Virus record (IMG/VR): IMGVR_UViG_3300032212_000691
Location: 1-35,281 of that record
DNA length: 35,281 nt
DNA from: a virus
Lineage: Duplodnaviria > Caudoviricetes
Direction: 5' to 3' (one strand)
Below the pieces are notes generated by a model. That model ran no database searches, was not told the origin of the DNA, and saw only the letters and a list, made by a program, of their open reading frames with translations. A program made the position numbers and the translations under genes. Positions 1 through 8,848 of this stretch are shown one piece after another (position 1 is the first letter of the stretch; each line of letters begins with the position of its first letter).

Positions 1-681
1 TCCTTTATCAATTAATAGTTTTTGTAGCTTCAAAACATTTAAAGCTATTGAAGCTACGGCATTAGTATTATTTAGAGCATTAAACACATCTTGAACCTCC
101 TGAGTTGATAAATTTGTGGCATTAGAAATTAAAGTTTGAATTGCTGTTTTTTCATTTTCAATAGCAGTTAATTTATTCGTAAGGTCTAAACTAAGTGTAT
201 TAGCTTCTGTCTTAGATGGTATTGTGGAGACTAAATGTTCAATGTCATCTTTTACTTGAGTCTCTTTTAAAGATATATTTGAAAGTGCGTCATTTTTTGC
301 CACGCTAATTACATCAAATGAATTTGTCTCTTGTAATTGAAGGTTGTCTAAGGCATTTTGAGCAATCCCAGATATATTTGAGCTTGCATTTGCTATTGCT
401 TCTAGTGCGGATATTTTGGCTTGATCTATTAAGTTAAGTGCATCATTTTTTAAAGTGCTGATCTCATCTTTAATTGTTGTTTGAAAATTATCTACCAATT
501 GTGTTAAATTGTCTTTTATGCCGATTATAATGTTTTCTAAATCATTTAACTGAGTTATACTAATATTAAACTGTTGTAAAAAAATAGCAAACTGAGAAAA
601 CCATGTGTTTATCTTAGATCTAAAATCAGCATCTGGTTTGCTTGGAACAACTGTTATTTCATCTACTTTATCTATTGCCAT
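1..681 (-). CDS. Distal tail/tail-fibre-associated protein, partial (runs off window edge)
   Basis: ATG at 681 after an AAGGA SD; frame reads MAIDKVDEITVVPSKP... and is open at position 1; helical/coiled-coil composition; downstream of tail genes; absent from the ORF track. Confidence 0.65.
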   Translation of the reverse strand, partial: MAIDKVDEITVVPSKPDADFRSKINTWFSQFAIFLQQFNISITQLNDLENIIIGIKDNLTQLVDNFQTTIKDEISTLKNDALNLIDQAKISALEAIANASSNISGIAQNALDNLQLQETNSFDVISVAKNDALSNISLKETQVKDDIEHLVSTIPSKTEANTLSLDLTNKLTAIENEKTAIQTLISNATNLSTQEVQDVFNALNNTNAVASIALNVLKLQKLLIDKG

Positions 682-696
682 ATTTTTCCTTATCTG

Positions 697-1635
697 TTAA
701 ATTAAACCGTTTATCTTCAATAATACTCTTGACGTTGTATCATTGTCTAAAATAGGTAATGCAGATTTTAAATTTCCATATACCCATGTAGCTTCTTGAC
801 CATCTTCGAGAGCATCGCCTAAAAAAAGAGTAGGACTATCTAGTAAGTCATCTAGTTGCCTATTTATAATGCTAAATTCAGCAGATGGTATAAGACAATC
901 AACTTTCATCGTTTTTGCTTTTTTACCAGTAATGAATGTACTTATTCCAAATTCATCATCTATTCTTTTTCCATAATTTTTTTTCGGGGTTTCAATTTGC
1001 CATTTAGAATGACCAATATTTAAAGTTTTTCCACAAAGAACAATTCCTACTTTAGCGACACCTATCTGTTTACGAAGCGAAATTTGAACAGTTGCCAAAT
1101 ATGTTCTAGGAAGATAAACAAGATAATTGTTTTTTAATTTGTCAGTTTCATTAAAAATATAGTCAACCATATCAAGGTCAGAGTTTATTATCAAATCTTT
1201 TGTCTGCTGTTTTAAAATTGTTACACCATCGTTAGCTATATATTTCATCTCTATAGTGTCAGCTTCAATATTTAAAAGCGCAAAAGCATCTATTGAATCT
1301 ACACTAACATCAAAGCTAATGCTTCCATTATTTATGTTTTTATCACCAACTGTTTGAGAGTGCAAAAAATCATCTGTTAATCTGCTTGGGTTTGTTGCTC
1401 CGTCTTTAACCCATCTTTTTGTTTCAATTCCAAGCAAAGAGTTCGCAATATTAACTGATGGCGTACTTCCAGCTGTATTATTGTTAATCAGAGATTTATA
1501 TACTGAATTTTCTGAAGCTACTTGTACGCTCTGTCCTAATGAATATACACTATTTGGACTAAACTCACTAGAGGAATCAGCAGCACAAATCATATTTGAT
1601 ATAGTAAAATTTGCTGGAATAATTGCTTTTGCCAT
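697..1635 (-). CDS. Minor tail protein
   Basis: 312 aa, TAATG-coupled to the tape measure gene; position typical of siphovirus distal tail genes. Confidence 0.65.
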   Translation of the reverse strand: MAKAIIPANFTISNMICAADSSSEFSPNSVYSLGQSVQVASENSVYKSLINNNTAGSTPSVNIANSLLGIETKRWVKDGATNPSRLTDDFLHSQTVGDKNINNGSISFDVSVDSIDAFALLNIEADTIEMKYIANDGVTILKQQTKDLIINSDLDMVDYIFNETDKLKNNYLVYLPRTYLATVQISLRKQIGVAKVGIVLCGKTLNIGHSKWQIETPKKNYGKRIDDEFGISTFITGKKAKTMKVDCLIPSAEFSIINRQLDDLLDSPTLFLGDALEDGQEATWVYGNLKSALPILDNDTTSRVLLKINGLI

Positions 1636-4600
1636 TACACTGCTGCCTTTATTTTAAGTCCATCTATATCCCAATCTTCAAAAATATCTAATATCTCTTT
1701 TTGTGTTTTTAATTGCTCAAGTAACATTGCATTTTGTTCTTTTAAGATAATATTTTGTTCTTTTAAGTCTTCATTATTTTTGAATGTAGGGATATTTAAA
1801 GAATTTCCATTTTGTCCTTTTCTTTGTGCTTCGAGTCTTGCCAGTATGTCGCGGTTAATCGGGTTATGTACCTGTTTACTAGTTAGTACATACTCATCTT
1901 TATGCACTGAACCAGCTAAGGCATTACTGTTTCCAAAGCCTGTATAACCGCCACCTTTAAAACCCTCATTTGAGAGCCAGTCATCAACAATTGCGTAACC
2001 AGCTGGATTATTTTCAGCAAGTGCAGCAACACGAAGTTGTGATGCGAAAGTGTCAGTTAGATCATCACTTGTTTTTCCAGCTATTAAGTCTGAGTAAGAT
2101 GCTCCTGAATATGTACTTGGAGTACTTGGAGCTATAGCAACATTATTACTTTGAACAGTTGCTTCAGTTCGTACACCATTTACATAAATTACTGGAGATA
2201 CGTTAATTGTAGGGTCAAAGCTTTTTTGATTTATTAGGTTTTGTAGCCCTAAAAGTTCATCTTTAGCAATACTTGCTAACTCTTCAGTACTTTTTGCAAT
2301 GGTTGGATCATATGAGAGTATCGCTGCTTGAATGTCTGACATGTAGCGATTGGTCTCAACTGTTAGCTCCTCTTGTGTCTTTTGCGCTTTTGAAAGTCCA
2401 CCAACACCTTTTAATTGCGCTGATATTCTTGCAAATTCAAATTTATAATTAGATGCATCTGAGTACTCTTTTAGATTTGTTAAATATGCTTTTGAATTTT
2501 CAACAACACGGCTTAAATATAGAGATGTATCATCGCTATTACCTGAGTTCATAGCACTTTGTAAACTAGTAAATGCTGTTTTATACTCAGATAGTGCAAC
2601 ACTTGCACGGTCTTGGTAACTTAAATAACTAATGGAATCATCTAAGCTCATACTTATAACTGAGTCATGTAAGCTATTTGTAACGCTCTCAATGTTTGCA
2701 ACAATACTTGTCTGCTCATCTAGTGTGCTTTTGTAACTAGAGAGCATAGAGTTAAATGTATTAATCTCTTTTTTAATATCTTTGCCACTTTTAATAACTG
2801 CTAGTTGATTATCTAGGTCTTTCTTGGTATAGCTTTTATTATTAACACTTAGTCCATCATAGATGCCTTTTAGTTCAGTAGTTCCTTGATACCACTTCAT
2901 TATGTCATTTTGCATACCTGTAGCATCTGCTAAAAATGTCTCATTACTAGAATGTGCCAAATTGCTTGAGATATTTTTAACGTCTGAATATTTAAATGTT
3001 TTAGATGTAAGAGAACCAATACTATCTTGTACAGATGAACTAAGTGAACCTAACGCATTTTTAAAGTTATTAAGTGAAGTGATTGCAACATTTAAGAATG
3101 TAGTTGTACTTTTTAAAATGTCGCCAGATTTATCAAGTTCTGGATTATTAATAAGTGTATCTTTTATAGTATTTGCAGTATTTTTAATTCCATCTGCTCC
3201 CACCTTTAAAGCCCACGCAGAAGCTTTACCAATATCTACCCATTCATTGCCATCAATATATAACATTTGAGGATTTAGTATCTGATCAAATGTTGAATTA
3301 ACTGCTATTGTATATGCTTTTAAGTCACCACTTTTTTGCTCTTCTTCTTGTTTTAACTGCTTTGCACGTTGGTTCTCTAAAGTTGCTAATTTTTCAAGTC
3401 CATCACCAATAGAGATTATTGTCTTTAAATTCTCAGGAGTGAAGTAACTATTTTTTATTAGTTCGTCTGAAATTGATGTAAATGCTTTAAAGTCTAAATT
3501 ATCTAGTGCAGTTTGTAAGCCATCTACTTGTGGTAAAAGTGAGCCATAAATTGAGACTTGATTAGTTAGCTGTTTTTTAGATACGTTTATGTCATAATCT
3601 AAAATGTCCTCACCACTAATTTGTGCGTTTGTTCTTTTCCAGCCATCTTGTGTTGTTATAAATTCATTTACAGATTCAGTTAATGCTTGTGTTACAGTTT
3701 TGTCAACACTTTTAGCATATTCACTCCAAACATCATAAATCTTATCTAGTTCGCTATCTCCAATGGTTGTCGGGATATTACTTAGTCCAGTAAATGACTG
3801 TATAAAAGCTTTAGGCAATGCGGTATCGAGTAAAGTTGTACCACTATACATACCAGCTTGTACAACAATATCTTTATTATCAGTCAATGTGTCAAGCAGA
3901 TACTCATATGTTCCAAACAGCGCATTTATTTGAGACTTCTCTTGTGAGCTTAGTTCATTAACATCAGTCCAGCTCTTATCGTTAAACCAGCTATTTTTCT
4001 CAAAGCTTGAATAGCCTTGAATATCTGAAACATCACCATAACTGGCTGTTGATTGCAAGTTAAGCCCTGAGCCTACTTGTTTGGTTTTGCCAAACATTCC
4101 GCCAATTACAGAGCCAAGCAGTGAACCGATTGCAATTCCTATTGGACCACCTAGTGAGCCTATAGCTCCACCAATTGCCCCATAGCTTCCAGCTTTAGTG
4201 TCTACTCCTAAAAGTTTATCACCTAGTGAACCTACAACATAGCCACCCATAGCACCAAGTGCTATACCACCTAACGTTTGCCCGTAAATAATAGCACTTT
4301 CGCCAGTTGTTGCTAACCCTTGTGTAAATGGATTTGCAAGACCATAACCAAAGCCACCAACTGAATTTGCAACACTTGTGAAACCAAGAGAGTTAAGTCC
4401 GCCAGCTATTGTTTGAGAACCGCTTATTATTGAGCCACTTATTCCACTTGTTGCTAAACCATACGCACTTTTTAATCCACTTGCGTAATTTAATGTAGAA
4501 GATAAATCACTATTTCCTGAAATTAAACTAGCACCTTGAAGAACTTGACCTGCGCTATCAACCACTATTTGGTTATCAGTACCACCAACCCAATTAGCAC

Positions 4601-6143
4601 TTTTTTCATCTTTGTTAAAACCTTTATCTTTAAGAAGTCCTGTACTAACTGTCGCAAAGGTTGAACTCTTTCCTAAGAACGAGCTGCTTAATTGTTTTGC
4701 AAAAGGATTAAATATATCGCTTCCTAAATCACTAAATGTAGTTTTTAGAAATGATTTAAAGTCTGTGAATTTACCTGTAATTGTATCAAAAAAGTTATTT
4801 TCAAAAGTTTCACTCATGGATGAAGTTAGGTTTTCCATAACCCCCTCAACCTCTTTAGCTGAAGTTTTTGCAGTTTTTCCAAATCCTCCAAAAGTTCCAT
4901 CCATAGCATTTTTAACGCTATCTTTTTTTGTTGGTGAGGCTATTGTTTCGCCAAGTTCTAGGAATGTTTTGTTTGTCTCTTCTACTAAGTTTCTAGCTAA
5001 CGCTTCATAGTCCGTTAAATCGTCGAATGCACCATTAATTGATTTAATTCTTGCATCAATGCCAACACCTGCGCGTTTAGCAATTTCTTTACTCCAGCTA
5101 TTATCAATGTCTATAAAAGGCAAAGAATTTAATGCATCTGTTATTCCAGCTACACCACTTGCTATTACACCAGTAAAGACATGCCATCCAGCTACTAAAG
5201 TATCCCATGCAACACTTCCAGCTATTGCAATGCCCTCAAATGCATTTGCAAGTTTTCCTACTCCTATGATAGTTCCATTAACCGCACCAATAAGACCTTG
5301 TGTAAAAACATCTGTATTTTCTAAGGTGTTCTTATAAAAAGCATTAAATTGATCACTCACTGTTTTAACTAGAGCTTTAACATAGTCAAACGCACCATCA
5401 TCCATGAGCTCTTTTTTAAAAATTGTCCAGTTATCGCTCATATTTGAAACCATGCCAGCGAATGTTTTACTTTGTCCTTGCATTGCACCTGCGTATTTAC
5501 TGTTAAAAATAGCGGTTAATGTGCTTTGAATAACTTCTGAATTATTGTCTACTATTATGTGTTTAGCTTTTCCACTTGCGGTAGTCCATGAGTATGCAAC
5601 TTTATCTCCTTGTTGCGAGGCACGCAGTCCAAACTCTTTTAAACGTTCATTTTCACCAACAACAGCATCTGCCATTGCCTCAACTGCCTGCATTAATGGT
5701 TTTTTCATACCAGCTGCTGTATCGCCCAATGATTCTAAAGAACCACCAATAGGGTCAAGACCATAAGACTTTAATTGTGTAAATGATTCAGTGATTTTAT
5801 TTATCTCAAAAGGAGTCTCTTTTGCAAAAGTTGTAATCCAGGACATAGATTTTGCAGCTTTTTGAGATGATCCCTCTATAGTTGTTAATACAGCATCAAA
5901 ACCCTCAAATTGTGACGATGTGTCTACTAAAGCTTTTACAGAACCTGTAAGTAAATCTACAGCTTTATTGACACCATAGACTGCAACCGCAGTATGTGCC
6001 ATAGAAGCTACACGTTTATTAAACTTATCTGTATAAGACTCTGTTTTTTTAAAAGATTTGCCTAAGCCATCAACATTTTTCTTAGTGACAAGAAGTTCGC
6101 CTGTATCACCATCAACTTTGATTTTAATACGTAAGTCAGACAT
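1635..6143 (-). CDS. Tape measure protein
   Basis: About 1500 aa; tape-measure N-terminal motif (FAKETPFEI...LGDTAA), Gly/Ala-rich middle, C-terminal GGYTG...VHKDEYV; likely start ATG 6143 (MSDLRIKIKVDG) rather than 6191. Confidence 0.92.
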   Translation of the reverse strand: MSDLRIKIKVDGDTGELLVTKKNVDGLGKSFKKTESYTDKFNKRVASMAHTAVAVYGVNKAVDLLTGSVKALVDTSSQFEGFDAVLTTIEGSSQKAAKSMSWITTFAKETPFEINKITESFTQLKSYGLDPIGGSLESLGDTAAGMKKPLMQAVEAMADAVVGENERLKEFGLRASQQGDKVAYSWTTASGKAKHIIVDNNSEVIQSTLTAIFNSKYAGAMQGQSKTFAGMVSNMSDNWTIFKKELMDDGAFDYVKALVKTVSDQFNAFYKNTLENTDVFTQGLIGAVNGTIIGVGKLANAFEGIAIAGSVAWDTLVAGWHVFTGVIASGVAGITDALNSLPFIDIDNSWSKEIAKRAGVGIDARIKSINGAFDDLTDYEALARNLVEETNKTFLELGETIASPTKKDSVKNAMDGTFGGFGKTAKTSAKEVEGVMENLTSSMSETFENNFFDTITGKFTDFKSFLKTTFSDLGSDIFNPFAKQLSSSFLGKSSTFATVSTGLLKDKGFNKDEKSANWVGGTDNQIVVDSAGQVLQGASLISGNSDLSSTLNYASGLKSAYGLATSGISGSIISGSQTIAGGLNSLGFTSVANSVGGFGYGLANPFTQGLATTGESAIIYGQTLGGIALGAMGGYVVGSLGDKLLGVDTKAGSYGAIGGAIGSLGGPIGIAIGSLLGSVIGGMFGKTKQVGSGLNLQSTASYGDVSDIQGYSSFEKNSWFNDKSWTDVNELSSQEKSQINALFGTYEYLLDTLTDNKDIVVQAGMYSGTTLLDTALPKAFIQSFTGLSNIPTTIGDSELDKIYDVWSEYAKSVDKTVTQALTESVNEFITTQDGWKRTNAQISGEDILDYDINVSKKQLTNQVSIYGSLLPQVDGLQTALDNLDFKAFTSISDELIKNSYFTPENLKTIISIGDGLEKLATLENQRAKQLKQEEEQKSGDLKAYTIAVNSTFDQILNPQMLYIDGNEWVDIGKASAWALKVGADGIKNTANTIKDTLINNPELDKSGDILKSTTTFLNVAITSLNNFKNALGSLSSSVQDSIGSLTSKTFKYSDVKNISSNLAHSSNETFLADATGMQNDIMKWYQGTTELKGIYDGLSVNNKSYTKKDLDNQLAVIKSGKDIKKEINTFNSMLSSYKSTLDEQTSIVANIESVTNSLHDSVISMSLDDSISYLSYQDRASVALSEYKTAFTSLQSAMNSGNSDDTSLYLSRVVENSKAYLTNLKEYSDASNYKFEFARISAQLKGVGGLSKAQKTQEELTVETNRYMSDIQAAILSYDPTIAKSTEELASIAKDELLGLQNLINQKSFDPTINVSPVIYVNGVRTEATVQSNNVAIAPSTPSTYSGASYSDLIAGKTSDDLTDTFASQLRVAALAENNPAGYAIVDDWLSNEGFKGGGYTGFGNSNALAGSVHKDEYVLTSKQVHNPINRDILARLEAQRKGQNGNSLNIPTFKNNEDLKEQNIILKEQNAMLLEQLKTQKEILDIFEDWDIDGLKIKAAV

Positions 6144-6172
6144 TGTGGCACACCATATGGTATAATCTAACC

Positions 6173-6307
6173 ATGGAATTACTATTAACATTGCTCATAA
6201 CTTTTGTTTCGGTCATATTAGCTGTTGTCAACGTTAATCCCTATTGGCTTCTTTTGATACCTGCAAGGCTTTATTGGGTATATAAAAGCGACCGCATAAT
6301 TATCTAA
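6173..6307 (+). CDS. 44-aa hydrophobic membrane peptide, leaderless, antisense to the tail operon
   Basis: TGGTATAAT at 6158-6166, ATG 6 nt later; MELLLTLLITFVSVILAVVNVNPYWLLLIPARLYWVYKSDRIII. Confidence 0.7.
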   Translation: MELLLTLLITFVSVILAVVNVNPYWLLLIPARLYWVYKSDRIII

Positions 6308-6324
6308 ATTATTTACGTCCACTT

Positions 6325-6576
6325 CTAATCCTTTAATTCACTCGCAACATATTGAACAAACTCATACATTTCTAAAGCACTTGTTGATATTTCATTTTGT
6401 GTGCAATAGTCTTGTAAAACATCATATTTAACTTCAATTCCAAATCCGTTATTCGTAACACTTAGTTTGACTAAACGATACAATGCTTTTTCCCAATCAC
6501 ATGCTAATTCATAGGCGAAAATACCGTTTTGTTTACCTTCAGTTTTTAAATACGCAATAACGTTTTTTACTTTTTT
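6325..6576 (-). CDS. Frameshift extension of the tail assembly chaperone (gpT-like)
   Basis: A AAA AAG slippery heptamer at 6576-6570; the -1 frame is open for 81 codons to TAG at 6327-6325. Confidence 0.8.
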   Translation of the reverse strand, partial: KKVKNVIAYLKTEGKQNGIFAYELACDWEKALYRLVKLSVTNNGFGIEVKYDVLQDYCTQNEISTSALEMYEFVQYVASELKD

Positions 6577-7046
6577 GAGCCATCCTTGCTCGTTAACTCT
6601 GCTATTTCATTAAAGATAAGTGCATAGTTAATATCTTGAATTTCAATGAACTCTTTTAAAGCATTAGAATCATCACCACTTACAAGTAAATCAAAACGTA
6701 ATTCATACGTCTCTTTTTCTCCTGTTGTTGTATCTTCAAGATTTTCATTCCATTCTTCAATCTCATCTTGTAAGGCGCTTATCTCATCACCAAGTTCTAT
6801 TTGCTTTCTGATAATTGTTTTATCACCATCTTCTATGAGCATTTTGTTAAGCGTATATAAATCAGTTAGTTTTCCAAGTTTTTGGTTTAACTTGTTGGCT
6901 TTTTTTCTTACTTTATTGAACTCTTTAGAATAACTCTTAGCGCACTCTTTTAGTTCATCTTTTTGTTTTTTAGTAGGTTCACAGATAGTTACTTTAAAGC
7001 TCTTATCTCCAATATCTACAGTTACGTTATATTTAAGCTCTATCAT
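6567..7046 (-). CDS. Tail assembly chaperone (gpG-like)
   Basis: 159 aa between tail tube and tape measure genes; ends at the slippery site. Confidence 0.8.
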   Translation of the reverse strand: MIELKYNVTVDIGDKSFKVTICEPTKKQKDELKECAKSYSKEFNKVRKKANKLNQKLGKLTDLYTLNKMLIEDGDKTIIRKQIELGDEISALQDEIEEWNENLEDTTTGEKETYELRFDLLVSGDDSNALKEFIEIQDINYALIFNEIAELTSKDGSKK

Positions 7047-7049
7047 AAT

Positions 7050-7613
7050 CTACACCACTGGAATCAGATACTCTTTAAAGTATCCATCTGTATCATGTTT
7101 TAAAACTTCACCATCAAATTTTAAACTTGCAAAATCTTCACTCATAAAAGCTACTGAATCATTTGAACTTACAACAGCAATTGGAATTTCAAGAACTGGT
7201 TGGTTAGCACCTGCTGCAACTTCAGCTACAAATTTAAACTTACCTTTTAAAAGAGCTTGTTCACCACCTTTAATTACATCTAGTGTAGTATCTGCTGCTG
7301 CAATAGATCCATTTGGTAATGTTGCACCTAAAAGAAAAATTTCAGTTACTAGTGTTGCATTTAAAGCCATTGCTAGATTTTCTTTATTCAATCTAATAGT
7401 GCTAAAACTTAGAGTTGAACTAAAGCTTGTTGCAACTTTGTCAGACTTAACAGGAAGCGCACCATCTTTATTCATAGCTTCTGCAAAGTCAGTATTTGTT
7501 TGTAAACTTACATCTTGAACTTCACCAATCTCACGTTCTGCTACATAAGTAGCACCATCAGCATTTAACTGACTAAAGTAAAGTTTTCCACCTGCTATGT
7601 ATCTATCGCTCAT
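7050..7613 (-). CDS. Major tail (tube) protein
   Basis: 187 aa, YIAGGKLYF...EIGEV, beta-rich; synteny. Confidence 0.75.
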   Translation of the reverse strand: MSDRYIAGGKLYFSQLNADGATYVAEREIGEVQDVSLQTNTDFAEAMNKDGALPVKSDKVATSFSSTLSFSTIRLNKENLAMALNATLVTEIFLLGATLPNGSIAAADTTLDVIKGGEQALLKGKFKFVAEVAAGANQPVLEIPIAVVSSNDSVAFMSEDFASLKFDGEVLKHDTDGYFKEYLIPVV

Positions 7614-7744
7614 TTGCTATCCTTTAGCTTTACGGCATTTATTTTTAAAAGTGATTTTGCATCTTCATCACTTAACTCAATCTCTTCACCTACCTTTACA
7701 GGCTTACCTTTATGCAACTTTTTTAGTGCAATATATGTCTTCAT
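7610..7744 (-). CDS. Small virion-module protein, 44 aa
   Basis: MKTYIALKKLHKGKPVKVGEEIELSDEDAKSLLKINAVKLKDSK; start/stop overlaps with both neighbours. Confidence 0.7.
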   Translation of the reverse strand: MKTYIALKKLHKGKPVKVGEEIELSDEDAKSLLKINAVKLKDSK

Positions 7745-8028
7745 TAATACCCCTTTATTAAAGTACTTACTTGAAAGATTTCTGTTTTAAAATCATCAAA
7801 ATCTAGCTTCGAACCTTCAAAACTAAAATCAGGTTCACCTGCACTTAATTTTAAAAGTGCTTTACGAATTTCTTCGCCCTTTTTTTCATGTTTTACAATG
7901 ACTCCAATAACTGCAAAGTAATCTAGACGACTTCCATCGTTTGGCCGTGAGCCAATAACTTTTACATCTGATACTGCAAAAGCCTCAACTACTACTTTTA
8001 CTATATTTATGGCTTCTATTTCTGTCAT
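7744..8028 (-). CDS. Putative tail completion protein
   Basis: 94 aa; called by synteny only. Confidence 0.45.
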   Translation of the reverse strand: MTEIEAINIVKVVVEAFAVSDVKVIGSRPNDGSRLDYFAVIGVIVKHEKKGEEIRKALLKLSAGEPDFSFEGSKLDFDDFKTEIFQVSTLIKGY

Positions 8029-8303
8029 GCTTCGCTCAATGCAATAATTGTTTCTAATTCATCATCTGTTGAATTAAAGTTTAAAACTTTATAAATAACT
8101 GCATCAATAGTTATTTGATCACCAAGCGCTATTAAACTAACATCAGATGTCATTGCTTTTATTACCTTGCTACTCATGTTGTCAATTCCATAATCATCTG
8201 CATAAAAGACATTAATATCAACTGTTTTATACGTTGCTATTGCATCTGCTAATTCTGTATAGATGTTTGGCAAGTCTGCTAATAGTGATGTTCTAATGCT
8301 CAT
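8025..8303 (-). CDS. Head-tail joining protein (gpFII-like)
   Basis: 92 aa with GDQITIDAVIYKV pattern; synteny. Confidence 0.65.
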   Translation of the reverse strand: MSIRTSLLADLPNIYTELADAIATYKTVDINVFYADDYGIDNMSSKVIKAMTSDVSLIALGDQITIDAVIYKVLNFNSTDDELETIIALSEA

Positions 8304-8485
8304 TACTTAGCTTTCTTTACTGTTTTCTTTTTCATTCCTTTAACCTCTTCAATTTCACCTGAAAAATTTTCAGCTTCTGAATTTAGAAACATTTTGTTGG
8401 CTAAACCATCAGGAACATCTAAGACATCCCCTTTTTTATAGCTTGCCCCTCGAAAGTCAATATCTACAAGTAGTTTGACTTTCAT
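8303..8485 (-). CDS. Small head-module protein
   Basis: 60 aa, YKKGDVLDV motif, basic tail; coupled to the next gene. Confidence 0.6.
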   Translation of the reverse strand: MKVKLLVDIDFRGASYKKGDVLDVPDGLANKMFLNSEAENFSGEIEEVKGMKKKTVKKAK

Positions 8486-8488
8486 CTG

Positions 8489-8821
8489 TTACCCAATCTT
8501 CACGTATACAGAACCAGAAGTTGCGCCAGCTTTTGTACTCATGGCGTGACCAGCTAATGTATTTGCTGTTGCTGTTGTGGTAACTGTTCGAGCTGTTGTA
8601 TCAAAATAAAGAACATCCCCAAATGCGATTGCATCTAATGTTGTTGCGGTAATTTCAAAGACACCCTCAAGTTCAAGACTGATAACGTCACCTGACACCG
8701 CATCATCTAGCGCAATACCGATACTGTCTGCCAATGGAACTACATCACCATTTGCAATAGTTGCAGTAGCTGTATAATCTACCACCGCGCCCTGTTGAAT
8801 TTTTGTTGCTTCTTTTGGCAT
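8489..8821 (-). CDS. Capsid cement/decoration protein (DUF2190-like)
   Basis: 110 aa, IQQG...EGVFE...GDVLYFD, directly after the capsid gene. Confidence 0.8.
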   Translation of the reverse strand: MPKEATKIQQGAVVDYTATATIANGDVVPLADSIGIALDDAVSGDVISLELEGVFEITATTLDAIAFGDVLYFDTTARTVTTTATANTLAGHAMSTKAGATSGSVYVKIG

Positions 8822-8848
8822 TGTTTTTTCCTTATATTAAGATGCTAA

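Noticed and set aside
6144-6191. Extended tape measure N-terminus from the ORF track
   Set aside because: It overlaps the divergent promoter and peptide gene; MSDLRIKIKVD at 6143 is a more typical start
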